A stretch of DNA of 64,000 nt from Bacteroidia bacterium (lineage in GTDB: Bacteria; Bacteroidota; Bacteroidia; Bacteroidales; CAJPTX01). The translations under genes and the position numbers were made by a program. The DNA lies in assembly GCA_002749065.1 (NCBI GenBank), contig PDTX01000005.1, positions 19,160-83,159 of the forward strand, read 5' to 3'. This document shows positions 1 through 10,709 of the stretch, piece after piece; the stretch's first letter is position 1, and every line of letters starts with the position of its first letter. Under the pieces are notes generated by a model. It had not been told where the DNA came from. It searched no databases and saw only the letters and a program-made list of their open reading frames with translations.

Positions 1-261
1 CTCGCGGCTGGGCGGCGGATAGGGGCTATCCACCTCCAGGCTGTAGTCAGCCATTACGTGGAGGTGGTCCCAGAGCTTCCGCTGGTAGTCCTCCAGCTCC
101 TTTATCTTGGGCTGCAGCCGGAGCATCACGTTGATGATGGCCTCGGCCTGCGCCGTGCGCTTCTCCCTATCCGCTATCGCCGGGAGCGCATCGACCATCT
201 GCTGCACGTTGCGCCCGTACTCCGAAAGGCGTAGGGGGCTACGCTGCGTATTGTATTCCAT
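1..261 (-). CDS. DUF4290 domain-containing protein (5' part; 3' end runs off the window)
   Basis: Manual minus-strand translation from ATG (259-261) gives MEYNTQRSPLRLSEYGRNVQQMVDALPAIADREKRTAQAEAIINVMLRLQPKIKELEDYQRKLWDHLHVMADYSLEVDSPYPPPSRE, open to position 1. Fits the remembered DUF4290 pattern (LPEYGRN.Q.MV...DREER...KLWDHL.M). Absent from the ORF track because there is no stop in the window. Confidence 0.7.
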   Translation of the reverse strand, partial: MEYNTQRSPLRLSEYGRNVQQMVDALPAIADREKRTAQAEAIINVMLRLQPKIKELEDYQRKLWDHLHVMADYSLEVDSPYPPPSRE

Positions 262-314
262 TTACCTTCTGTATTACTGCCGGCAGGCTATCGCCAGCGA
301 GTGGGTTGTCGCCA

Positions 315-322
315 CAAAGGTA
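315..322 (-). promoter_or_regulatory. Bacteroidota-type -7 promoter box TACCTTTG (TAnnTTTG) upstream of the DUF4290 gene
   Basis: Plus strand reads caaaggta, so minus strand is TACCTTTG, about 55 nt upstream of the ATG at 261. Motif match only. Confidence 0.4.
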
Positions 323-351
323 GCATATTTTTGCGTCTCGCTAGGAGCAGC

Positions 352-382
352 AAAAAGCGGCACCCCGGATTGGGATGCCGCT
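352..382 (-). terminator. Rho-independent terminator after the 3,431-aa gene
   Basis: Minus strand forms AGCGGCA...TGCCGCT (7-bp stem plus an inner CCC/GGG extension) followed by TTTTT, about 30 nt downstream of the stop at 414. Confidence 0.6.
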
Positions 383-413
383 TCGTTACTAAGAGCTATT
401 CGCCCCCTTATCT

Positions 414-3400
414 TTAGAGCTTGAGCGCCTTCAGAACCCAGAGGCTACCATCGACCGCGTAGAGGCGGACGAAGTACACACCCTGCGGCGCATCGCCCAT
501 CTGAACGCGAATAGACGAACGCCCGTCGTGGGTTCTCCGCATGATGCGCTGGCCCATCTCGGTGTAGATCTCGTAGGCACGGCAACCGTCAGCATGCAGC
601 ACCACCAGCTCGTTGCTGAATGGCGACACGACGGCCGCGGCCGAAAGCGCACCACGTACCACCGGCGTCTCTTCATCCTCTTGAGGTTCCTCGTCCTCGC
701 CAGAGCCAGGCCCAGCGTTCTCGTTCTTGGTGAAGGTCACACTGAGCGAACCGCCATTGGTCACGTCCACCGAGAAGGTCATGGTCTGCTTGTCGTCCGG
801 AATGGTCGGAGAGTTATTCAGACCCCTACCATCAATCACCGTGACTTCGCTTATGTAGCTACCCGCTTCGGCCCTCACCGTGAACTCCACGTCACCATCA
901 TGGAAAACCGGATCATTCAGTGCAATGGGGTTCCCCACAATGGAGGACTTCGCCTCGACAGAGCCCTTACCCACACCCTGCTCATTCTCAATACCCTTCC
1001 AGTCCACAGAGAACGGCCTTAGGAACACCACTACCGCCTCCTTCGTCTGCTTACAGGTATTCTCATCCAGCATTATCAGCTTGGCGCTCCCCGACTCCTG
1101 CACCAGAGCCTCAGTCGCATCCTGGTACTTGCTATCGAAATCCGCACCGTAGGATGACTCCCAGGTAAACTGAGGACCACTAGCGGGCTTGCTACCACGG
1201 AAGTAGCTGGCGATTATCGTCGCCTCGGTGTCCTCCGACGTCTTCTTCACCCTCCACTTCTTAGACTTCGTGTCGAAGTCCGCCGGCGACACCTTCAGAC
1301 GGAAGTCCGGCTTGAAGAGAAGCTCCCTATCAACCATCTCCACTTTCGGGATCTGCACCGGAGGTATTGCCAAACCGGATGGAGGCTCAGGACCAAGTGG
1401 CTGCTCAAATGAACCCTCAGCCTTGAAGGACAGCACTGTCCGACCTTGAATATTATGGTCGCCCAGCTTCACCACCACAGACTCACCTTCCTCGAGGGGC
1501 TCTTCCAAAGTATGCTGATAGGTAAGGTTCTCATTACCTGTATAGCCATACTTAAACTCCAGCTTAGTCCCTGCCGGAATCGGCACCTTGACTGCGGCAG
1601 GATCAGTCGGAATAGAGGCCTTAAGCGCCTTCACGCTTACCAGGTAGGCTATCTCACCGCTCCCTGCACCCCGTTCGATGCATTTCGAATCCCCATCAAA
1701 CATCGCGAAATCAAGTGCGATCCCGTAGTCTACCCAGTAGCGTAGAGCCACCTCGTCGCTCTCCACCGGTGGGCAACCGCTATCCTCTTCGGTGTAGATG
1801 GTTCGCACCTTGTAGCGAAGCAGACCATCGCGCAGCTTCGAACCCATTGCTGCCGGATTTACCTCCATCTTAGAATTGCTGCCCGGCTTGCCATCGGCAT
1901 CCTCGCCACTCAGTAGCCACTCGTACTTCAGCTTTTCATCGCTGATATACTTCAATCCATCACTATTGATGCAACCATTCCCATCGAGCTCGAAGATAAA
2001 ATCAGTCGGCAACACCCTGAAGGCGGCTTCACCCAGCTGCCCCTTGAAGTCCTTACCCACAGCCGCATTAATTGCATTGATCACCTGCGTCTTCAGGTCA
2101 GCTTTCTGCAGCCCCCTGATATTCTCGACGGGGTCCGAACGTAGTGGCTTGCGGTCATCCTGAAGGTTGCGAAGGGTCAGATAGGTCTTCGCCGCATCAT
2201 TCACAATCTTGACCACTGCAATGTAGGATGCGCCCTCCGAGGTGTTGAGCCCCTTTACCACGCCCGACTTGCTAAGCTCGACGCTCTCACCGGCTTTAAT
2301 CTCATCATACTCCACCGCAAGCTCACTCACCGATCCTGGAACCTCAATGCCACCATCGGTCTCCAATGAGAACCTCAGCGTCACGCTACCCGCAGGTAGG
2401 TCCACACTTGTGGAGTTTCGTAGGGAGAAGGTGAGATCCTGAGTAGGCTCCTGGCCACACTTCGACCTGAGCCCCTTGATGCTATTGGGCTCCAGGTCAA
2501 CGTAGGGTTTGAACTCCACCACCTGCGACTGGGGCGCAGAGCTACATTTCGTCTCCTTATCCCTGAAGATAAAGTGGTACGTACCCGCGCTGCTAAACTC
2601 TTCCTGTGTCGCAACATTATCCGCTGTCGCAACGGTCAGCATCTTCTCCCAGTCCTTCACATCATCGCTCTCCGAAGGCCTGTACCACTGGAACTCATCA
2701 TACTTACCAATGCCACCTTCGAACAGGTTTTTCTCCACCACGAGCTCCTTCTTCTGGCTGTAGAATGTCAGCGGATCGAGCGGCTTGACGAGCTTGGGTT
2801 GCGGCTTCACAGTGAACGTAAAGCTTTTCTGATTATTCGCCTTGGATTTATCTATCTGCGAATCGCTGGGTCCCTCCTGATCGGCATTCGGCCCATGCAT
2901 CACCACCAGCGCCACGGTCACCTTGTAGTCGCCCGGCTCGCTGAAGAGGTCCTTACTTAGCTGCAGATCATCCAGCTTAAACTGCTTTCCTCCCCCTAGC
3001 TCTGTACCGCTGTTGAGATCCTTAATTCTCTTGAGCTCCGTCTTCCCCTCCTTGGCAGCACCACCCTGCTTCTCCACCTTGTACGCAAGGCCAAACCAGT
3101 CGTCTACTCCTGCCTTATGTTCATATGGACCGACACCAGCATTCTGAACCGCCAGCTGGAAGGTGAAGTCCTCGAGGGCACCCTCACACTTGTCAGGGGA
3201 GCCTGGCACTGGTGCCCCCGACAAGAGCAACGCGAAATCCGGTTGGGTGCCTAGCAGGTCCATGTAGGCCACATCCTGGCACCCGTGCTTGGTTTTACCC
3301 ACAAAGCCAACACGGCCATAGCCCTTAAAGACCCCCTGCGGAAAGTTAGCCTTTCCGGTTGCACCCACGCTACTAAATCTACTGGCAATAAGAGCAGATG

Positions 3401-6400
3401 GGCTTCCAACTCCGACGATAGGAGCAGGCTTTTCCACACCACTAAGATCCCACCGGTCATGGTCTGTAGTACTGGGGGTTAGCGTTTCCAATCCTAGTGG
3501 TATCCCATTAATATTCACCTGGTTGTTGAAAGCTATACCCACCTGGACACCATCCAGATGCACATACGCAGGAATAGTCTCCACGCCATCCTTCTTCTTG
3601 TAGACTGCGGCGTACTGCCCTGAAGAAGGACCCACCCACTGATTTTGGTTTGCGAATGAACCAGTGGCATCATTGACCGCATACACATTTATCCCCTCCG
3701 ATAGGTTCGCATCCGCAAGATCCTTCATCTTGAAGGTGAAGTAATTATCGCTTTTATTTGCATCACCCTCAAACTGCACATCCACTGTCAGCTCCACATC
3801 CAAATCGTTCGCATTGCCATACTTGGCCAGGAAGCTAAAGTCAGGCTCCATCACCGGAAGCAGAACTATCTCGCTAGGGTACACTGGACTCGTGCCCGGA
3901 AGGACACCGCTGCTCGCAGCCTCCCACTTCTGGATCTCCGCCTTCACCACCTCGTGGAGCTTGGCTTTCTTCGGCCCCCCATGCCAGGCATGCAGCTCTC
4001 CCTTAGTCGTCCAGTCACCATCCGCAATAGCCTTTTCAGCTGCAGCATAGTCGTACTGGCCCACCTTCAGGCTATACTTAACCGTGTAAGTCCGGTCTTT
4101 CGCCGTCTGCAGGGACTTGTTACCCGTGTTAATCATTTTGATACCCAAGGGCACCTTACCATTCTTATCCATCCCAAGGGCACACTCTTTCAGGTCCGCC
4201 TCCATTGCCTCAGGCTTGGCCTGGCCACCTATCTTCTTTGGAGTCACCGACTTACCATCAATCGTCGGGCTCTTGATGCCAGCAACCTCGGGGTACGACA
4301 TGGTCAAATTCGTGTAGTTGAACTTGACCTCTATCGAGGCGGAGCCCACGCAACCCCGGTTGTTTACCCGCACGCGGTACTGCCCCGAGCCACGACCCGT
4401 CTGACCAGGTAGGTAGGTTTTACCCGGATTCTCATACTGCCAGGAGAGCTGCTCCACCCTCTTGTCGCCCTTCACAGGGAGTATTACCACATCACCAGGC
4501 ACGGCACCCTTCTGGGTGAACGCTTCAGTGATATCCTCCGACTGGTTGTTCGCGATGTACTCCCAAGTGTACTCCGCGCCCGTCGAGAGGGTCTGGCCAC
4601 GCACCCTCACCTTAACGGGTAGCATATCACCATCGAAACCATAGATACCCTTCGGATCCAGGTCCTCATCATCGGGCTGGGGCTGGAGCTTCTTAATCAG
4701 GTCCTCATTGGTTGTCGGGGGAGTAGGGGGGGTAGTGAGGGGAGGAGCAGGCAGAGCATCCGCATTGAGCTGCAGGTACACGCCCGGCGCAGCGATCACT
4801 GCGGCCTTGATCTGCACCGTGTTGTTCCTCGAGTCGATATCCTTCATGCAGAGATGCTGCGAAGGCTCAACCTTCGTGACAACGGCCTTCAGCTGCACCC
4901 CATTCGGATGCTTGCGGATGAGCTCGGCCAGCTCTGTGAAGTTCTGTATAGTAACCACGGTTGACCAGCTAAGATTCTCCCGCTGAGCCATCGTCTTCGC
5001 ATAGAGCTTGGTACCCGGGCTGAACTCCAGCTCCTTCTTGATCCCGCTCGGATCCGCCGCAGGATCTGGATGGGTCGCGCTGGCAAAGACCTCCAGCTTG
5101 TACTTCTCATCCTCGGGGATAGGGCCATAGCCCAAGTTGCCCACCACTACGGTTACATTCCCATCTACCGCATCCGCACCGCAGACCACACTCGGGCTGC
5201 TGATCTCAACCACCGCAATATCGGTCTTGTTGAAGTACACCGAGTCCATGTTGTGGCAGCCCGAGCCATCAGCAGTAACGTGTATGCGATACGCATCGAA
5301 GGGTGCGCCCCGGAAATCTGCGCTGAGACCATCGGGGGTTATGAGGGTCCGGCTACCGGGTACATCGCCCGGCCCGAATTCCGTTTTGCCATTGTCGATC
5401 CGGGTCCAGCGCTCACCCAAATCATTGCTGAACTCCCAGCGTAGGCTATTACCACCAGCAACCTTCACCGTGATCAGGCTCTGCTGGCCACCGCTCCGCA
5501 TCGCGCTATAGAAAGGCTGATCCTTAGCGGGAAGTACCTCCATCTCAGGCGGATACTCCAGCTTCAGCATCTGGTCCACGATGTTGTTCGCCGGATTGCC
5601 ATCGGGCACATCCCGACCACCCGGGTACACCAGCCCCTTGATGACAACCTTGCATTGACGGGCCTGTGTAGCACTGAAGGCATTCACCTTAATCGTCTCC
5701 GGCAACTTGAGCAGGAAGCGATCATTGGCCTGCACACCAACATCTTTATTCAGACTCACGGGGGTCCCTTTCGCATCGGCGACCACCTCATTGCCCCCGA
5801 TAAATACGGAATACCGGATCTCCACCCCATCCAGCAAGGGAACAGGGCTATGGTTCACCATCTCCACCACCAGGCCACTGGGAATATCCAGATCGTACTG
5901 CCTAGAGTTGGGCAATCGCTTGCCTGGGTGGCAGAGAAGCCCGTTGCGTACACCGACAAAGCCCACCACCTGCAGGTCGGTATTCTGTACCTCTATCGGC
6001 TTGCTCTCCACAGCATCACCGCACTTACCGGGGTACACCACCAGCTTAAACTGCCCGCCCAATGTGCGCAATTCCCGCTCCGGGAGCTTCTGAGCATCCT
6101 TACCCTCCTCCGGAAACGTCTCCTTCTTGTCCCAATCGGCATACCGGTTCTCCAGGAAGAACCACCGGTACGTCATGAACGGGCGCTCCAGCCCCACCAG
6201 CGTCTTATTCTCAGCCGGGTTGTAGTTCTCCACCGGGCCCCACTTCTCCACCTTCGTGATGTCCGGCTCATCCACCCACTTCTTCGTGCCGGCATCAAAA
6301 CGCTTACCCGGCACCTTCGAGACAATACCTGTGGCCGAGCGCACGAATATCGGCATGAGATGCAGATCGCCAGGGCGCACGTACAGGTTCTTCAGCTCAA

Positions 6401-9400
6401 CCTTGTTCCTACCGTAGCTCGCGTTGCCACCCGTCGTACGCACCACGGCCACCACGTGATTGTAGCCATCAACAAGATCATTTGCCAGTGACTGTGTAAC
6501 ATTGCCAGCAGAAGGTATCGGAATCGAATGCTTCTGCTCCCCATTGACCCGAATCTCGAGCACTGCCCCAGTGGGTATAGTCCCTTCAAACCCAAACTCG
6601 AAAGACTCATCCTTCTTACAAAGCAAGTTCTCCCCCTTATCAAACTTCGGCGACACGAGCTTTACCCTCACATCATCCGTAGCCTTCTTGATGGTCACCT
6701 TATCACGAACAAGGCACTCATCTGCGTTATTGACGTACTCCTTCTTCCCGAGATACCCATAGTCGTCTGCGAAATTGTACGTCAGCTTTGGAGCCCTGCC
6801 CTTCAGCGTATACGAATACTCCACCGTAGTACCTAGGTTAACGCTCGTCGCATCCACATCCCCGCCCGACAAGCGGCCTGTTATACGCCCCGGAGTTGAA
6901 TTCGGGTTGACCACGTCGAACCGTAGCTTCGAAACATCATACGAACCCTTGGCGTCCCTCTGTTCCTTCACTCTCCACTCGTACTCCCTAGGTTTTTTCG
7001 GGTAACTCGTCGGCTCCCAGTCCGCAAGTAGCCCGTCATCCAGGCGGTAGGGGTAGTAGTACCACGTGAACTTGTTGTTGGCCTCCTCCTCATCACCGTA
7101 GCCCTCGAAGCCCTGCGCGCCATTCACATCAAGGGTCGCCTCCACCTCGTAGCCCCATGAAGTCATGGATTGCCACGGGAGTGAGAGCCCCAGATTCAGC
7201 GCACCAGTTGCATCTACCTCCGGCGTTTTACCGCCTGATGTCAGGCCGGACGGAATCGTAACCTCGGCGCTCGCTCCCCGCACCTCACCTTTCTTATATT
7301 CTCTTTTCGTGTCATCCCAACCAATCAGCTTGCTGATTTTCAGCTTGACCAGAGCGGTCACCGCCGAGGCCGAGGAAGCCTTGCTCGCATTCTGAACCTG
7401 GATCGTCATCTTCGCATCCTTCACGATATCGTCGGAGATGTTGCAATCCATCTTCGGCCCCATCGCGACAATACGGAAGTCGGGGCGTACGGCCCGTAGC
7501 TGGATCTGGTTGATGGCAACCCCCCATTGCGGGATCTGCTCTATGCCAAGAATCTTACCCGTTCCATCCGCATTCTTCCATATGGTTCTCGCAGTGGAGC
7601 GCGCATGGAAATGTATCCGGAACTGGAGCGACTTCGTGCCCATCTTCGGAAGGACGAACTTCGACTGCAAGTATTTATCGTAGTTGTACGGCTGGAATTT
7701 TCCGTCATATTTATCAGGGGATGCAGGGGGTGTACCCGGGTATGGCTTACCATCGTTCCCCAACAGGTATTCCGGCTCCACCTTACCGGGAAGCCCCTTG
7801 ACAATCTCCTTGTTGCCACCACCCTTCAGCGAATATCCCTTGGTGTAGTAGAAGGCCCACGAGTTCCCTAGCCCCTCCTTGCTGTACCAGAGCTTCGCGC
7901 CATGGCCAATCGAACCGGAAGACCCCGTCCAGCTCGCATCCACACGCTTCCAATTCTGTTTATCACCAGTATAAGTCCCATCAGAGTACTCCACCCACAT
8001 CTCCCCGCCACTCATCGCGTAGTCCAACACGAGCTCCATAACATCATCGGTATTCACCTTGAGCACCGGGCCCGTCAGCACCGACTCCTCCCCGATTCCA
8101 TGCTCCTTCCGGCCTGTGGTCCATACGCTGAAACCATGGGTCGGCTTCCTAAATACCGCCGGCTTTTCCAGCAATGAGGAGACCGTCTCCTGCCGCCAGC
8201 TATGCCGCTTGCCCACTTCCGTCGCCGAGGGGAACCACTGCTGCATGGGGCTCTGCAAGCGCTCATACCGCACGCTACTCTTCTCCTCATCGTAGGCCGG
8301 GTAGGGCTTGGCATGGCTCACCTCTATCGTCGGGAAGTTGTAGAACACCACCCGGTAGCTGTTATTCCGCGGATAGTCATCGTCCTCATTGGCCGCCGGG
8401 TTCTTGATCTGCGCCCTCACCTCTAGGTTCATCAGGTTGTCCTGATCGAGCTTCGCGTCGGGAATCACCTTCTTGAAGACCACCGTGACCTTCTCATTGC
8501 TCGCAATGTTCGCCAGACCGCTACCACTCCCAGACCTACTCACAGACTTACGCTCCCACCCTGACACCTTCTGGCCATTCGCGAAGAACTCGAACTCCAC
8601 CTCAGGCACAATCGTCTTGCTACCCCTGTTGTGGAAGACCACCTCCACCTCGGCTTTCTGACCATACTTGAAATCCTTCGTATCCACCTTCACGCTCTCA
8701 ATGTCCACATCGCGCTCCAGCGGGAAGGCCAAGATCTGCAGGTCATCGAGGTACACCCCGGAACGGGTCTGGTTCTGCGCGCTCCGCCACACCAGCTCAA
8801 AGCCGAAATACATGTTCTCCCTCCGGTCGGCAAAGCTCGATATATCGTAGATCTGCCGGCTCCAGCCCCGTGAGGATGCATTCCGCCAAGTACCGGCCTT
8901 GTCCACGCTGATCCAATCGTTCGCACCCGGCTGCCCCCCGCTCTTCTCCGCGTAGTCCAGGGCAAAATCGCTGAAACCATCAACATTCGCGTTGATGACG
9001 CACTTCAGACGAGCATCAATAAAGTGCTTCAAGTTGACAGCGTCCTTCATGTATACACGCCCCTTTGCCTGCTCAGCTGTGGTCTTATTCCCCTCAGCCG
9101 CCTTGTAGATGTGCGGGTACAGCACATCGCCTTGCGCAGTGTAGCTGCCAACGGGTGCTCTCCCCTTGAGGGCCGTACCCAAAAGTTTTTCCCCTGAGTA
9201 GGGATTCAGCTCCTCGAAGACATACATATCCTCAGGCAATTCCGCTGCCTGCGTTGCACTTAGGGTCGAGACATACTTCTTGATCTCCTCAGGCGATAGC
9301 ATACCCACATTCCAGCGCGTATAACCATTGTTGCCATCCTTATTCAAGTTTTCCCAACTATCCTCCTTCTCAAAACCGTATGTATTGATCACCTCGTAGA

Positions 9401-10709
9401 CCTGGAGCTTATTCTCCCCGCCCTCCTGCAGATAGTTCGGGAGCTTTACCTCCTTACCACTCTTATCCGCATCGGAGGTAAATTCCCTGAATTGCATCCC
9501 GTTACCCGGAATGCGGAAGCTGATCTTCTTCTTCAGCGTGGCAGTGCTCTTGATGTCGGCCACCACCCAGAAGTAGTTGCTACCGGGCTTGAGCGAGCGC
9601 TTGGGAATCTTATGCGGGTCCGTAACCTTGAATGGCTTCCAGTCGTCATTCCACTCCCTCACACCGCTCACCCGACCAGTCCCCTCGTTGTAGTCCAGCT
9701 CACATACGAACTGGTTGGGGTCTGCCACGGCGTCCACCATATCTGAGCTGCGCGTTGCGTACACGCGGAGTTTCTCCACGAGCTCTTTCCCCTCGCTCAC
9801 CTCTACCTGGAGGTTCTCGAACTCCACACGACCCCTACCCGGCTTGGTGTCCACTCCCAGCAGCACCGCCGGGTTGCGCTTCGTACCCTTCCCCACAGGC
9901 TCCTTCACGAAGGCCGTGGTGACCTGTTGCTGGAGGGTCATGCTCGACAGCTGGCGGTCCACCAGGCGTACCTGGTCTATACATGCGCCCGCTCCCACCT
10001 TCGCGATGCCCTCGAACATGAAGTACACCTTACGGCCGTCCTTACCCCGGACAATGTCTTGGAGCGACTGTTTTTTGTTGTCTGGCGTTGTCCCGAACTT
10101 ACCATCGATCTTGTCCAGATCGATCAGCTGCAGAGACCAGTCGGTCGAGGCATCCTTCAGGTAGAGGAGGGGCTCGGTTCCACACTTGACCACCCGGTTG
10201 GACTTCTCATCCTTCACGCCCCAGTAGACCTTCAGCTCGTTGACCCCACTGATCTTGGCGCTCGCATAGCGGAACTCCAGCCAGGGCGACTGCGTTGCGG
10301 CCAGGCTCACACCCGGGAAGTCTATCCGCTGGGCGGCACCGTTGGCCTGTACATAGAAGGCCAGGTTGCTATTGCCCTGCCAAGCCGCCGAAGGCGAACC
10401 AATGCCGGATACGCTGTAGCCACCATTGTGGAGCGTCCAGGTCGCAGGCTTACCAGAGCCCGAGACCTGAACCACCGTTTGCGGGAATAGCTCCGGGGGT
10501 AAATAGCCCGTCATGCGCGAACTGGACACGCTACCCGGGTAGGCCTCAAAATCCTCCTCGTAGATGATGGGGAAACCGTTCACCGACCCCCGGGCCTGCT
10601 CACCCCACTTGAACCTCCGGCCATCATCCTTCAGCCCTGCATGAACCGTGCCCATACCCATCAACAGCATGGCCGGCAACAGCAGCATCAACAACGTACT
10701 CTTTCTCAT
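414..10709 (-). CDS. Giant (3,431 aa) secreted cell-surface protein with T9SS type-A C-terminal sorting domain; lectin/MAM-like and CARDB-like repeat modules
   Basis: Uninterrupted 10.3-kb ORF. N-terminal signal peptide MRKSTLLMLLLPAMLLMGMGTVHA. C-terminus ...APQGVYFVRLYAVDGSLWVLKALKL fits the Por/T9SS CTD pattern. Many D..I..V...G....V.V.N.G-like (CARDB-like) segments. No HEXXH or other catalytic motif seen. Confidence 0.85.
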   Translation of the reverse strand: MRKSTLLMLLLPAMLLMGMGTVHAGLKDDGRRFKWGEQARGSVNGFPIIYEEDFEAYPGSVSSSRMTGYLPPELFPQTVVQVSGSGKPATWTLHNGGYSVSGIGSPSAAWQGNSNLAFYVQANGAAQRIDFPGVSLAATQSPWLEFRYASAKISGVNELKVYWGVKDEKSNRVVKCGTEPLLYLKDASTDWSLQLIDLDKIDGKFGTTPDNKKQSLQDIVRGKDGRKVYFMFEGIAKVGAGACIDQVRLVDRQLSSMTLQQQVTTAFVKEPVGKGTKRNPAVLLGVDTKPGRGRVEFENLQVEVSEGKELVEKLRVYATRSSDMVDAVADPNQFVCELDYNEGTGRVSGVREWNDDWKPFKVTDPHKIPKRSLKPGSNYFWVVADIKSTATLKKKISFRIPGNGMQFREFTSDADKSGKEVKLPNYLQEGGENKLQVYEVINTYGFEKEDSWENLNKDGNNGYTRWNVGMLSPEEIKKYVSTLSATQAAELPEDMYVFEELNPYSGEKLLGTALKGRAPVGSYTAQGDVLYPHIYKAAEGNKTTAEQAKGRVYMKDAVNLKHFIDARLKCVINANVDGFSDFALDYAEKSGGQPGANDWISVDKAGTWRNASSRGWSRQIYDISSFADRRENMYFGFELVWRSAQNQTRSGVYLDDLQILAFPLERDVDIESVKVDTKDFKYGQKAEVEVVFHNRGSKTIVPEVEFEFFANGQKVSGWERKSVSRSGSGSGLANIASNEKVTVVFKKVIPDAKLDQDNLMNLEVRAQIKNPAANEDDDYPRNNSYRVVFYNFPTIEVSHAKPYPAYDEEKSSVRYERLQSPMQQWFPSATEVGKRHSWRQETVSSLLEKPAVFRKPTHGFSVWTTGRKEHGIGEESVLTGPVLKVNTDDVMELVLDYAMSGGEMWVEYSDGTYTGDKQNWKRVDASWTGSSGSIGHGAKLWYSKEGLGNSWAFYYTKGYSLKGGGNKEIVKGLPGKVEPEYLLGNDGKPYPGTPPASPDKYDGKFQPYNYDKYLQSKFVLPKMGTKSLQFRIHFHARSTARTIWKNADGTGKILGIEQIPQWGVAINQIQLRAVRPDFRIVAMGPKMDCNISDDIVKDAKMTIQVQNASKASSASAVTALVKLKISKLIGWDDTKREYKKGEVRGASAEVTIPSGLTSGGKTPEVDATGALNLGLSLPWQSMTSWGYEVEATLDVNGAQGFEGYGDEEEANNKFTWYYYPYRLDDGLLADWEPTSYPKKPREYEWRVKEQRDAKGSYDVSKLRFDVVNPNSTPGRITGRLSGGDVDATSVNLGTTVEYSYTLKGRAPKLTYNFADDYGYLGKKEYVNNADECLVRDKVTIKKATDDVRVKLVSPKFDKGENLLCKKDESFEFGFEGTIPTGAVLEIRVNGEQKHSIPIPSAGNVTQSLANDLVDGYNHVVAVVRTTGGNASYGRNKVELKNLYVRPGDLHLMPIFVRSATGIVSKVPGKRFDAGTKKWVDEPDITKVEKWGPVENYNPAENKTLVGLERPFMTYRWFFLENRYADWDKKETFPEEGKDAQKLPERELRTLGGQFKLVVYPGKCGDAVESKPIEVQNTDLQVVGFVGVRNGLLCHPGKRLPNSRQYDLDIPSGLVVEMVNHSPVPLLDGVEIRYSVFIGGNEVVADAKGTPVSLNKDVGVQANDRFLLKLPETIKVNAFSATQARQCKVVIKGLVYPGGRDVPDGNPANNIVDQMLKLEYPPEMEVLPAKDQPFYSAMRSGGQQSLITVKVAGGNSLRWEFSNDLGERWTRIDNGKTEFGPGDVPGSRTLITPDGLSADFRGAPFDAYRIHVTADGSGCHNMDSVYFNKTDIAVVEISSPSVVCGADAVDGNVTVVVGNLGYGPIPEDEKYKLEVFASATHPDPAADPSGIKKELEFSPGTKLYAKTMAQRENLSWSTVVTIQNFTELAELIRKHPNGVQLKAVVTKVEPSQHLCMKDIDSRNNTVQIKAAVIAAPGVYLQLNADALPAPPLTTPPTPPTTNEDLIKKLQPQPDDEDLDPKGIYGFDGDMLPVKVRVRGQTLSTGAEYTWEYIANNQSEDITEAFTQKGAVPGDVVILPVKGDKRVEQLSWQYENPGKTYLPGQTGRGSGQYRVRVNNRGCVGSASIEVKFNYTNLTMSYPEVAGIKSPTIDGKSVTPKKIGGQAKPEAMEADLKECALGMDKNGKVPLGIKMINTGNKSLQTAKDRTYTVKYSLKVGQYDYAAAEKAIADGDWTTKGELHAWHGGPKKAKLHEVVKAEIQKWEAASSGVLPGTSPVYPSEIVLLPVMEPDFSFLAKYGNANDLDVELTVDVQFEGDANKSDNYFTFKMKDLADANLSEGINVYAVNDATGSFANQNQWVGPSSGQYAAVYKKKDGVETIPAYVHLDGVQVGIAFNNQVNINGIPLGLETLTPSTTDHDRWDLSGVEKPAPIVGVGSPSALIASRFSSVGATGKANFPQGVFKGYGRVGFVGKTKHGCQDVAYMDLLGTQPDFALLLSGAPVPGSPDKCEGALEDFTFQLAVQNAGVGPYEHKAGVDDWFGLAYKVEKQGGAAKEGKTELKRIKDLNSGTELGGGKQFKLDDLQLSKDLFSEPGDYKVTVALVVMHGPNADQEGPSDSQIDKSKANNQKSFTFTVKPQPKLVKPLDPLTFYSQKKELVVEKNLFEGGIGKYDEFQWYRPSESDDVKDWEKMLTVATADNVATQEEFSSAGTYHFIFRDKETKCSSAPQSQVVEFKPYVDLEPNSIKGLRSKCGQEPTQDLTFSLRNSTSVDLPAGSVTLRFSLETDGGIEVPGSVSELAVEYDEIKAGESVELSKSGVVKGLNTSEGASYIAVVKIVNDAAKTYLTLRNLQDDRKPLRSDPVENIRGLQKADLKTQVINAINAAVGKDFKGQLGEAAFRVLPTDFIFELDGNGCINSDGLKYISDEKLKYEWLLSGEDADGKPGSNSKMEVNPAAMGSKLRDGLLRYKVRTIYTEEDSGCPPVESDEVALRYWVDYGIALDFAMFDGDSKCIERGAGSGEIAYLVSVKALKASIPTDPAAVKVPIPAGTKLEFKYGYTGNENLTYQHTLEEPLEEGESVVVKLGDHNIQGRTVLSFKAEGSFEQPLGPEPPSGLAIPPVQIPKVEMVDRELLFKPDFRLKVSPADFDTKSKKWRVKKTSEDTEATIIASYFRGSKPASGPQFTWESSYGADFDSKYQDATEALVQESGSAKLIMLDENTCKQTKEAVVVFLRPFSVDWKGIENEQGVGKGSVEAKSSIVGNPIALNDPVFHDGDVEFTVRAEAGSYISEVTVIDGRGLNNSPTIPDDKQTMTFSVDVTNGGSLSVTFTKNENAGPGSGEDEEPQEDEETPVVRGALSAAAVVSPFSNELVVLHADGCRAYEIYTEMGQRIMRRTHDGRSSIRVQMGDAPQGVYFVRLYAVDGSLWVLKALKL

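Noticed and set aside
107-424. 105-aa plus-strand ORF
   Set aside because: It spans the 5' end of the DUF4290 gene (minus strand), its candidate promoter box and the terminator hairpin of the giant gene. It has no supporting motif.
4717-4745. G-rich plus-strand stretch (GGGGG..GGGGGGG..GGGG..GG) as a possible G-quadruplex
   Set aside because: Only three tracts have 3 or more G. The stretch is simply the antisense of the Pro/Thr linker codons (APPLTTPPTPPTT) in the giant gene.
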